Shown here one piece after another: positions 10,171 to 19,200 of a DNA stretch of 64,000 nucleotides. Position numbers and translations under genes: made by a program. The notes below the pieces were generated by a model. It was not told where the DNA came from, did not search any database, and was given only the letters and a program-made list of their open reading frames with translations. Origin of the DNA: Nocardioides sp. (GTDB lineage Bacteria > Actinomycetota > Actinomycetes > Propionibacteriales > Nocardioidaceae); assembly GCF_035547795.1 (NCBI RefSeq), contig NZ_DASZUF010000181.1, forward strand, positions 2,200-66,199, in the 5' to 3' direction. The first letter of the stretch is position 1; each line of letters begins with the position of its first letter.

Positions 10171-10407
10171 TCAGATCCCGGAGCGGTAGCGCTCGAGCAC
10201 CTCGGCGACCTTGGCCTCGTCCCGGTCCTGGATGGGGATGAGGAGCTCGGCGACCACGTCGGTCAGCTCGGCGATGCGCCGGTTGAGCTGACGCAGCTCC
10301 TGCACCTCCTCCTCGAGAGCCCGCAGCCGGGCCCGGACCGGGATGCGCTCGCCCGAGCGCTCCTCGCGCCAGGCCCTGAGGTTGGACCGCAGCTTGTCGG
10401 CGTTCAT
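10171..10407 (-). CDS. Small coiled-coil protein (DUF6752-like)
   Basis: 78 aa MNADKLRS...RLRALEEEVQELRQLNRRIAELTDVVAELL; TGATG coupling to the upstream gene, AGGAG RBS. Confidence 0.75.
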   Translation of the reverse strand: MNADKLRSNLRAWREERSGERIPVRARLRALEEEVQELRQLNRRIAELTDVVAELLIPIQDRDEAKVAEVLERYRSGI

Positions 10408-12005
10408 CACCGGATCTCCTCCTGACGGGGCCGCGGCCAGGAGACGCGCAGCCGGCAGACGTAGGGGTCGGGGTGGTCGAAGAGGTCCTCGCCGGCGCCC
10501 ACCCAGAGGGTCTCGACCAGGCCGCCCTGCGCTTCGATCTCGGCGACGACCGCCTCCGGGTCGAGCCGCCTGACCAGCCCGGCGGGCAGCGGCTCGGGTG
10601 CCTCGGCGCCGACCGGACCGGTCGCCGCGAACTCCAGGAACAGCAACCGGCCGGCACCACGCAGTCCCATCCGGCACAGCCGCCACAGCTGCTCGCGGGC
10701 GGCGGCGTCGAGGCAGCCGAGCAGGCCGCGGGCGTAGACGTGGTGCGGGTCGCGGGCCAGCCGCGCGCCGAAGGTCAGCACCTGGCGCAGCTCGCCGAGG
10801 ATGAGCTGCTCCACCCGCAGCTCGATGCCCTTGCGTCGACTGCGCCGCAGGGTGAACCGGATCGCGCCGCGGGAGTAGTCCACCGCCCACACCGGCCGCC
10901 GGCCGCGCCGGGCGAAGTAGAGCGCGTCACGGCCATTGCCCATGCCGATCTCCAGCAGCGCGTCCTCGCGGGGCAGCTGCCGCTTGACCCAGCGCGCGAA
11001 CGCCGACCCGCGCCGCGGCACATGCCGCGCGGTCACCGAGGTCCAGAACTCGGTCCAGCGGCCCATGTCGCTGCGGAACCCGCGCAGCCAGCCGTCGAGG
11101 CGGCGCACGCCCGCGGGTGGGTCGGCGTACTTGAAGGAGGGGTCGGGCACCCGCCAGGACGGGCCGTAGAGGAAGGCCAGCATCGCCTCGGGATCGGCCG
11201 GCGCCGGGAAGGTGTGGCCGTGCAGCTCGATCTGCGAGACGGGCACGATCGCCTCCCGCGGCAGGTGTCCGCTGCGGTTGCCGAGCTGGTAGAAGGTGCC
11301 AAGCACGTAGAACGCCACGAAGATGTCGATATGGCAGGTGCGGCCGTCGCTGAGCGGCAGCAGCAGCTTGATGTCGCCGCCCGACATGCGAAGCAGGTTC
11401 CAGCCCAGGTCCCGCATCGTCCGCTCGATCCGGTACGACTCCATGATGATGTCGGCCGGCGAGGTATGCCGCGACAGGTAGCAGACGTCGGTGTCGGAGT
11501 CGTGCGCGATCATCGCGCCGTCCCGGATGGCGCCGAGCAGCGCGCCGTAGTTGAGGTAGGCATCCACGCCGCAGGTCTCGCGCAGGTCGCGCAGCGCCCG
11601 CTCGGTGCCGGCCAGGATCTCCTCGCGGATCCCCTCGTCGGTGGCGGCGAAGGAGCGGGTCAGGTGGCCGACCTTGTCCACGCTGAGCGGGTTGCCCTCC
11701 CCGTCGACGATCTCGATCCGGTCGCGGCCCGAGCCCAGCGAGACCTCCGCGTCGAAGAAGACGCGTACGCCGGGCACGTCCGCGACCCGGATCCGCCCCA
11801 CGCCGTCCAGATAGCGGTGCAGGACGTGCGGCCACGGCACCAGCAGGCCACCCGCCTCCGGCGTACCGTCGCGCTCCGGGGTCAGCGACCAGACGTAGCG
11901 ACCCTCCACCGAGAGCACCAGCGGACCGGTGCCCGTCGCGGTGACGTGGATGCCGCGGTCGTCGACGGTGACCCCGCCGATGACCCCAACGGCTGGGTCC
12001 GTCAC
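10407..12005 (-). CDS. LicD-family phosphotransferase fused to class I SAM methyltransferase
   Basis: YGALLGAIRDG..IAHDSDTD and HIDIF (LicD-type NTase), FLYGPSWRVPD; C-terminal LLEIGMGNGRDA / AVDYS. Confidence 0.8.
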   Translation of the reverse strand: MTDPAVGVIGGVTVDDRGIHVTATGTGPLVLSVEGRYVWSLTPERDGTPEAGGLLVPWPHVLHRYLDGVGRIRVADVPGVRVFFDAEVSLGSGRDRIEIVDGEGNPLSVDKVGHLTRSFAATDEGIREEILAGTERALRDLRETCGVDAYLNYGALLGAIRDGAMIAHDSDTDVCYLSRHTSPADIIMESYRIERTMRDLGWNLLRMSGGDIKLLLPLSDGRTCHIDIFVAFYVLGTFYQLGNRSGHLPREAIVPVSQIELHGHTFPAPADPEAMLAFLYGPSWRVPDPSFKYADPPAGVRRLDGWLRGFRSDMGRWTEFWTSVTARHVPRRGSAFARWVKRQLPREDALLEIGMGNGRDALYFARRGRRPVWAVDYSRGAIRFTLRRSRRKGIELRVEQLILGELRQVLTFGARLARDPHHVYARGLLGCLDAAAREQLWRLCRMGLRGAGRLLFLEFAATGPVGAEAPEPLPAGLVRRLDPEAVVAEIEAQGGLVETLWVGAGEDLFDHPDPYVCRLRVSWPRPRQEEIR

Positions 12006-12433
12006 GACACCCGTTCGGCGGCGCGCGCCAGGTGGGCCCGCAGCGCGGTGCTCGACGTGTGGACGGTGTAGGGGAAGTAGACGACCTCGACGCCGACCTC
12101 GGCCATCAGCTCCTCGAGCCGCTCCCCCTTCGGGGTGCCCAACCAGTCGTCACCCTTGAAGATCTTGTGGAACCCGACGTCGCGCCAGGCGTCGCGCTTG
12201 TCGGTGGTCACCTCGACGTAGGCGTCGTCGACGATGCCGATCGCCTTGACGATCTCCAGGCGCTCACGCAGCGGCACGGTGGGACGGATCCCCTTGGCGG
12301 CCTCGCACACCTCGTCGGAGACCACCCCCGCGACCAGGACGTCACACATCGACCGGCCCTGGCGCAGGGCGTTGAGGTGGCCGACGTGGAAGAGGTCGAA
12401 GACGCCGGGGACATAGCCGACGACTTTGCTCAT
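12002..12433 (-). CDS. TagD-like (glycerol-3-phosphate) cytidylyltransferase
   Basis: PGVFDLFHVGHLN (HxGH), KGDDW, YTVHTSST. Confidence 0.9.
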   Translation of the reverse strand: MSKVVGYVPGVFDLFHVGHLNALRQGRSMCDVLVAGVVSDEVCEAAKGIRPTVPLRERLEIVKAIGIVDDAYVEVTTDKRDAWRDVGFHKIFKGDDWLGTPKGERLEELMAEVGVEVVYFPYTVHTSSTALRAHLARAAERVS

Positions 12434-12485
12434 GCGCCACAGCCTACCCACATCACCCGCGCGAAACGGCTTCGACGCCGGCCGC

Positions 12486-14396
12486 TCAGCCGTGTACTCG
12501 CGTCCGGGTGCGGGTCTGTTCCCGCGGCAGGGTCAGCTCGAAGACGTGGGGTACGCCGTGGGCGGGCGGCCGGTAGCGTGCGTCGCCGTCATGCCCGCGG
12601 GCGATGCGGCGGACCAGGTAGAGGCCCAACCCGGTGCCGCCGGTGGGCCCGGCGATGGCGAACCGGTCGAAGAGCCGCGGCAGCAACTCGGTGGGGACGC
12701 CGTTGCCGGCGTCGCTGATCGAGATCACCACGCACTCCGGCTCGACCCGGGCGGTGACGGTGATCGGCGGCTGGCCGTGCCGCACGGCGTTCTCCAGCAG
12801 GTTGTCGACCGCCTGACCGAGCCGGCCGGCGTCGGCGGGGATGGTGACGTCCTCGGGCAGATCGGCGGTGACCTCGATGCCCGGATGCGCGGCCCGCAGG
12901 CCCTGGAGCGCGCTGTGCAGGAGCGCGTGCAGCGAGGTGCTCGAGATGTCCAGCTCGAGCGCGTCCCGCTCCAGCCGCGAAGCGGCGGCCATGTCGGTGA
13001 CGATCCGCTGCAACCGGTAGCCACTGGCCGCGATCGCCGAGAGCAGCTGGCGGCGCTCGGGCGGCCCGAGCGCGGACCCCTCGTCGAGCAGCATGCTCGC
13101 GGAGCCGGCCACCACCGCCGCCGGGGTGCGCAGCTCGTGGGCGGTCACGGCGAGCAGGTGGGCCTGCTGCTCGAGCGCACCCTGCCGCTGCTCGGCGTAC
13201 TCACGCTGTTCGGTCTGGTCGCGGGTCACCTTCGCGAAGCCGACATGGCGCCCGGCCTCGTCGTACACCGCGGTGATCACCACGCTCGCCCAGAACCGGG
13301 TGCCGTCCTTGCGCACCCGCCAGCCCTCCTCGGCGTAGGAGCCGTGGCGCAGCGCCCGGGCGAGGTTCTCCTCCGGGTGCCCCGCCTCCTGCTCCTCAGG
13401 CGGGTAGAAGAGCCGGAAGTGCTGACCGATGATCTCGTCGGAGGCGTAGCCCTTGATCCGCTCGGCGCCGACGTTCCAGCTGGCCACGCGGCCGTCCGGG
13501 TCGAGCATGAAGATGGCGTAGTCGCGCACCGCGGTGACCAGCAGCCGGAACCGCTCCTCGCTGAGTCGCAGCGCCTCCTCGGCGTGCCGCTGGCCGCTGA
13601 TGTCCTGCACCTGCGCGAAGACGTAGAGCGGCTGCATCTTGGAGTCGCGGATCGGCGCCAGTGTCACCCGCACCATCCGGTCCTGGTCCAGGGGCAGCGG
13701 ATGCTCGAACGTGACCAGGCCCTGGTTCTCGTCGCGGATCAACCGCAGGCCCTCGTCGAGCTCGTCGCCGTGCCCCGTGCTGACCTGGCCGTAGTCGACG
13801 CCGACCAGGTCGGCGGGGTCGCATCTCATCATCTCGGCCAGGGCGTGGTTGGCGCGCACCACGTTACCGGTGAGAGTGAGGGTGGCCATCCCGATGGCGG
13901 CCTGGTCGAAGACCTCCCGGAACCGCTCCAGATGCTCGTCCAGCACCGCCTGGTCGTCGTTGGCGCCGCCCCGGTCGACCAGCCGCAGGCCGCGCGGGCG
14001 GTGCGGCTGCTCCTTCCCGAGTACGGCGAGAAGACGGTCGGGCAGCTGGTCGATCGGCAGCGACTTCTCGACGTAGCCGGCGGCGCCGAGCTCCCGCGCC
14101 CGCTCGGCCAGCCCGCGCTCCTCGAACCCGGTGAACATCACCACCCGGGTCTCCGGGGAGAGCGCCAGGATCGCCGGCAACGCCTCCAGGCCGTCCATCG
14201 CCGGCATCGAGATGTCGAGCACCATCAGATCCGGCTCATGACGGTAGGCGAGGCTGATCGCCTCGCTGCCGTCGCTCCCCTCCCCGACGAACTCGAACTC
14301 GCCGGAGAGCTGCAACCGTGTCCTCACCAGCGCGCGCACGTCATCGGAGTCGTCGATGAGGGCGAGCGTCGGCTTCACGGGTCCTTCCACATTCAT
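12486..14396 (-). CDS. Hybrid REC-PAS-PAS histidine kinase
   Basis: LIDDS / VLDISMP receiver, two PAS/PAC (YAIFMLD, RKDGTRFWA), AHELRTP, NLLENAVRHG, GTGLGL. Confidence 0.9.
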   Translation of the reverse strand: MNVEGPVKPTLALIDDSDDVRALVRTRLQLSGEFEFVGEGSDGSEAISLAYRHEPDLMVLDISMPAMDGLEALPAILALSPETRVVMFTGFEERGLAERARELGAAGYVEKSLPIDQLPDRLLAVLGKEQPHRPRGLRLVDRGGANDDQAVLDEHLERFREVFDQAAIGMATLTLTGNVVRANHALAEMMRCDPADLVGVDYGQVSTGHGDELDEGLRLIRDENQGLVTFEHPLPLDQDRMVRVTLAPIRDSKMQPLYVFAQVQDISGQRHAEEALRLSEERFRLLVTAVRDYAIFMLDPDGRVASWNVGAERIKGYASDEIIGQHFRLFYPPEEQEAGHPEENLARALRHGSYAEEGWRVRKDGTRFWASVVITAVYDEAGRHVGFAKVTRDQTEQREYAEQRQGALEQQAHLLAVTAHELRTPAAVVAGSASMLLDEGSALGPPERRQLLSAIAASGYRLQRIVTDMAAASRLERDALELDISSTSLHALLHSALQGLRAAHPGIEVTADLPEDVTIPADAGRLGQAVDNLLENAVRHGQPPITVTARVEPECVVISISDAGNGVPTELLPRLFDRFAIAGPTGGTGLGLYLVRRIARGHDGDARYRPPAHGVPHVFELTLPREQTRTRTRVHG

Positions 14397-14498
14397 CCCC
14401 CCAGTTCGCGCATAGACGTACCCATCCCTAGCAGAAAACGTGCGTCGAACCTGGAATGAGTTCTGCCTGGGCCGGGCGCGTGGACCTACCACGAGGGC

Positions 14499-14781
14499 AT
14501 GAACGGTCTCGCTGTCGACGTTGCGCGTCTCCGCGAGGTGTGCGAACGGTACGGCGTCGTGCGTCTCGAGGTGTTCGGCTCGGTGAGCCGTGGCGAGGAT
14601 CGTCCTGACAGCGACGTCGACCTGCGCGACGAGCTCCAGCCCGGCTCACGCCTCGGCTTCGACTACTTCGACCTTGTCGACGATCTGGCCGAGCTCTTCG
14701 GTCGCGCAGTTGACCTGGCTACTCGACAACCACGGCCAGGATTTCGCCTCAATCGCCGACGGGGACCGCCGCCTTCTTTGA
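14499..14781 (+). pseudogene. Minimal nucleotidyltransferase (MntA-like antitoxin) with disrupted 3' end
   Basis: FGSVSRGEDRPDSDVD motif and LFGRAVDL; resemblance stops near 14725 and the frame runs into unrelated sequence; no HEPN/DUF86 partner follows. Confidence 0.7.
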
Positions 14782-14853
14782 GTAGCCCCTTCCGGCGCCG
14801 GCGACCGTCGCACATGGCGGCCCAGACGTCCCACTGGCACATATCGTTGGTGA

Positions 14854-14972
14854 GTGAACCCGCCCGTCATGCCGCCCGTCATGTCGATGCTGGCCCACGT
14901 CGGTGCCCGCCGTACCCGACTCGACGGACTACTCCTTCGAACCCAAGGGGGACGGCTTCCGTCGTTCTTGAC
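14854..14972 (+). repeat. ligC 5'-end copy 1 plus shared tail (putative att junction)
   Basis: Near-identical to 23361-23467 (GTCGGTGCCCGCCGTACCCGACTCGACGGACTACTCCTTCGAACCCAAG), +1 frameshift, then TCGTTCTTGAC. Confidence 0.92.
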
Positions 14973-14997
14973 GGTGACATTTCGGCTCCATCTCTCC

Positions 14998-15044
14998 GCT
15001 CATAACCCAGAGGTCAACAGGTTCAAATCCTGTCCCCGCTACTA
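14998..15044 (+). pseudogene. 3' half of initiator tRNA-Met (att-site remnant)
   Basis: GCTCATAACCCAGAGGTC-ACAGGTTCAAATCCTGT-CCCCGCTAC: CAT anticodon loop, T arm and acceptor 3' strand; no 5' half upstream. Confidence 0.88.
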
Positions 15045-15060
15045 GGGAGAAATCCCAAGC

Positions 15061-15098
15061 CAGAGGCCGTTTTTGGAGTGATCCGAAAACGGCCTCTG
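15061..15098. terminator. Hairpin after the tRNA fragment
   Basis: CAGAGGCCGTTTTTGGA / TCCGAAAACGGCCTCTG inverted repeat. Confidence 0.7.
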
Positions 15099-15286
15099 CT
15101 GTCTCTTCCGGTGTCTCGTTTCACGCTTGTTCTGCTGGGCCTCGTGAGCGCGAGTCGACGCTGGGGCTGGTGCGGCCTCGGGAAGCGTTGCGCGAACATG
15201 CGCTCGAAGGTGGGTGCTCGTGCTCGCCGACGAGCGTGCAAGATGCCGCTCGGGGGATCCCCGCCAGGTCCTCTAGGATCGGCGGG

Positions 15287-15928
15287 ATGGTGGAGTCGGT
15301 GACGGCAGGCGGAGAGCCGGTCCTGAAGGGGAAACGGCCGAACAAGCATGTGCAGCGTCGCGAGGCGACACGTGCCGGCCTGCTCCGGCTCGGCATCGAG
15401 CGCTTCCCACTCAAGGGCTACGCCGCCACCACGATCGAGGACATCGTCCACGACAGCGACTACACGCGCGGAGCCTTCTACTTCCACTTCGGCAGCAAGG
15501 AGGCGTTCTTCGTCGAGGTGCTGCGATGGCGTGGCAACGAGCGCTCGGAGTGGGCGAGTCGAGCCTTGGATCCCGCGCCGGCGACCTTGAGGGATGCGAT
15601 CGCGGCGATGGTGAGCGTGCTGCCGGACGAGCGACAGAACGGTCTGGGCTTCGGGATGCTGATCGCCGAGTTCTTCCAGTCTCTCCCCGAGGGCTCTTCC
15701 CACCTCGACGAACTGCGCGAGCTCTACGCCGGGTGGCTGGCAGAGGCGGCAGTGTGGGTCGACGCCGTGAAGGAACTAGGCCTTGCTCGGGACGACCTGA
15801 CGGCCGACGAGATCACCGCCGCCGTCCTAGCGGTCCACGACGGACTGCTCTTGCATCGCGCCGTCTACGGCCTTGAGGTGACCCCGGAGTCCTACGTCGA
15901 CGTCATCCACCGGATGCTGCAGCCGTAG
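15287..15928 (+). CDS. TetR/AcrR-family regulator
   Basis: KGYAATTIEDIV...YTRGAFYFHFGSKEAFF HTH; TAGGAT -10 just upstream of the ATG. Confidence 0.9.
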   Translation: MVESVTAGGEPVLKGKRPNKHVQRREATRAGLLRLGIERFPLKGYAATTIEDIVHDSDYTRGAFYFHFGSKEAFFVEVLRWRGNERSEWASRALDPAPATLRDAIAAMVSVLPDERQNGLGFGMLIAEFFQSLPEGSSHLDELRELYAGWLAEAAVWVDAVKELGLARDDLTADEITAAVLAVHDGLLLHRAVYGLEVTPESYVDVIHRMLQP

Positions 15929-16254
15929 CCGTAGCACAGAGGTCGAGGCTGTAGCCGCGGCCACGCAACCTGCTCCTCGTTGCCGGGGAGCCGAGGTCGA
16001 GGCCGCCGCCGATGCGCCTGCCGCTGCGCCTCGTGATGCGCGTGGCGCCAGCTGCACGAGGCGGTCTGTGGCCTCGTCGACGTTCCCCGGCCCGAGTGGG
16101 TCATCGAGCGAGCACGGCCCCGGCGGTCGTTTCGCGCCGCGCTCGGTCTACGCGCCGAACTTTTGCAATAATTGCGTTCATGGATGTATGTATATCGCCG
16201 TTCTGATGCAAGCGCCGCGCGGTGCTCCCTCGTCTCGACGCGAAAGGCACGTCC

Positions 16255-19200
16255 ATGTCTTCTCTCCCTCGTTCGCGCAGGTTGCTCACCGCGCTGGCGG
16301 CAGGCGCCCTGGTGGGCGCCGGACTGGCCGTCGCCGCGCCCGCCACCGCGGCCCTGCTCCCTTGGGCGGTCTCCGTCGACGACAGCACGGTCGGCACGCC
16401 GTTCGCCATCGCCTCCGACGACAGCGGCCACCTCATGGTCGCCGGCACGAACGGCTGGGGCACCCTCGACCCCTCCACGGGTGCGGTGTCCGACGTGAAC
16501 GCCTATGTGGACGGCAGCGCCCCGGAGGGTACGGCTAGCTTGCTGTCCGACCCGGCTGTCAACGGGAACATGCTGCTGCTCGACGAGGGCGACGACGGAC
16601 TGCAGGCGAACAGCGGGCTGGGTGCTGGATACGACCTGTACCGCTGCGACCCGTATACGGGCTCAGCCCCTGCGGACGACAGCACCCCTCCGGCCACCGG
16701 CTCCTATGACGACTACGTCGTCTGTGACACCACGCCCGACAGTGACCGGCTCACCGAGGTGGCCGCCACGTCGGATTCGGGCACCTTCATTGCCAAGGCG
16801 TCCGACGGCAGCTGGGGCATCTACATCCTCCAGCCGGCGAACAACGTCTGGAGTTCTGGCAGCTGGTTCAGCGGATGGGGGGCCATCGAGCTGGCCAACC
16901 TGGGCGACCCTGACCTCGAGTTCTACGGCACGCCGACCGCTCTGGCCTTCAGCGGCAGTGAGGAGGTCGGTGGTGACTGCTTTGTCTCGGGCTGCGGGCG
17001 CGAGGTCATGAACGGCTTCCTCGGGCTGACCGACGGCTCCCAGTTCTACGTCGCCGCGCAGAACGGCTCCACCACCACGGTCTACCACTTCACTGCTTCG
17101 AACGGTCCGGCCCCGACCGTTGGCGGCAGTGAGTCCGGCAACTACTACACCGACAACGTCGACGTGTCCCTCAGCCTCGCGAGAGAGAAGACCATGTCGA
17201 CCACCGACCTCGTGACGGCCCTGGCGGCTGACGGTGAGACGGTGATGGCCGCGGCCGGCCACCAGGTGAGCGTGCTCGACTTCAGCAGCTCCCCGATCAC
17301 TGAGACCGACGGCCAGCTCGGCGGCGACGGGAAGCGGGTCGCCGGCCTGGTCAACCTCTCCGGCACGTTCGTCGGCCTGAGTGCCGACGGCTCGACGGTG
17401 TACACGCTGCCGTCGGTGCCGAGCACACCCGACGCCGGGTTCCAGGCGACCATCGCCCTCGACGCGGACGACACGCCCGTCCTGTTCCTGAACGGTCTGA
17501 GCACGGACAGCACCGGCCTGGCCGACTCCAGCGAGGCGGTCGCCTACCCCTACCTGGTGCGGCTCACCCCGGCCAGCGGCGGGGACCCAGAAATGCTGCG
17601 GGCCGACGCCAGCGGCGACCTCGACCCGAGCACGCGGTTCACCGTCGGCAGCGGCGTCACGAGCTACCGCATCGCGCTCGCCTACGACAACGGGCTCTTC
17701 ACCAGCGCCTACACCGCGGCGGCGACGGCGCGCGTGCCGGCCAGCACGAGCGGCAGCAGCGCGCCCTGGCGGATCCCGCTCGGCTTCGCCGCGACCTCGC
17801 TGACTGCTGACGGCAACACCATCTACGCCACCGACGGCACGACGACCAAGCAGGTCGACACCTCGCAGATCAGCGCCACCAGCCCGGCCTCGACCACCCT
17901 CACGACCGGCACCCTGCCGACTCCGACGGGTCCGATCAGTGTCACGGGCGGGCAGGTGACGCTGCAGTCCGGCGGCACCGCGTACCCGGTGTACGGCCTC
18001 AGTTCCGACGACAGCACCGATTTCGGCATCCTCACGAACACGGCGCCGGTCGCCCTGGGTGGCGACGCCGACGGCACCTTGATCGAAGCCAAGGACGCGG
18101 CCGGCGACTGGGGCTTGTATCTCGTCGACACAGATCTGGACGACGACGAGACCGTTGAGTCTGCCCTCGTGAGGGCCGGCAACAATGATGGGGGCCTCAT
18201 CGACTGCCTCTCGGGGGAATCGTGTGTCGTGGCCTACCAAGTGGACGACCTGGGCTCGCGGCCCGTCCCGGCCGCCGACCTGGGCGTCACTCAGCACGGC
18301 ACCGTGTTCAACGACGTCTACCTGGCACAGGGCTCCACCATCGGCCTCGATGCGGCCGCGCTGTTCAATGGCACGCCGGACGGCGAGCAGATCACCTCCG
18401 CGTCGCCGAACCTTGGCCCGGTCACGGGCCTCGCGCTCAACACGGATGAGAGCACGCTATGGGCGACGACCAGCACCGGCTACGTCCTGGGCTTCCCGCT
18501 CGACCCGACGTACGGCGAGTTCGTCACCGACGCGAACTACAACCCTCTGTTCGGGAGCGGCCGCCTGGGTGGTGACCTCGAGCAGGTCGTCACGACCAGC
18601 CACGGCGTCTACGCGCTCGATGTGACCCGCCACGCCCTCGACGTCGTGCCCGGCATCGAGCCCGACACGAGCAGTGTCACGGTGAAGGCCACCGACAACG
18701 GCGCCAGCGTGACGGGCCTGCCGAGCGTTCCGGCTTCGATCGGCGGCGTCGCCTCGGGCGCTTACCCCTACGAGGTGACCTTCACGCCGGTCGCGTCCGA
18801 TGACGACAGCGACGAGTCGGCGTACGTGCCGACGGGTGACGACCCGGTCGTCGTCCACGTGAAGGCCGACGGCACCGTGGATCCGGCGGATACCGAGGAC
18901 GACTCGACGCTGCTGGGCCTGACACCCGACACCGACTACGACGCCACGGTGAGCTTCGCCAACGGCGTCTACACCTCGGCTCGGCTCCGTGCCGCGGCCG
19001 CCACCCCGGTGGACAGCGAGGTGGACGACACCACGTTCGTCACCGAGCCGGCCACGTTCGCGCCGACCGCGGTGGAGATCGACGACGCCACGGGCAGCGC
19101 TGTCACGTCGACCACCCATCCGAAGGTCGGCGACACGCTGACCGGGAAGGCGACCTTCGGGAGCGACGATCAGGCCAGCATTGACGCAGGCACCGCGACC

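Noticed and set aside
14499-15005. 168-aa ORF as a full protein
   Set aside because: Only the first ~75 aa resemble MNT; the rest runs through the ligC repeat out of frame
14998-15044. Functional tRNA-Met
   Set aside because: 5' acceptor strand and D arm are absent
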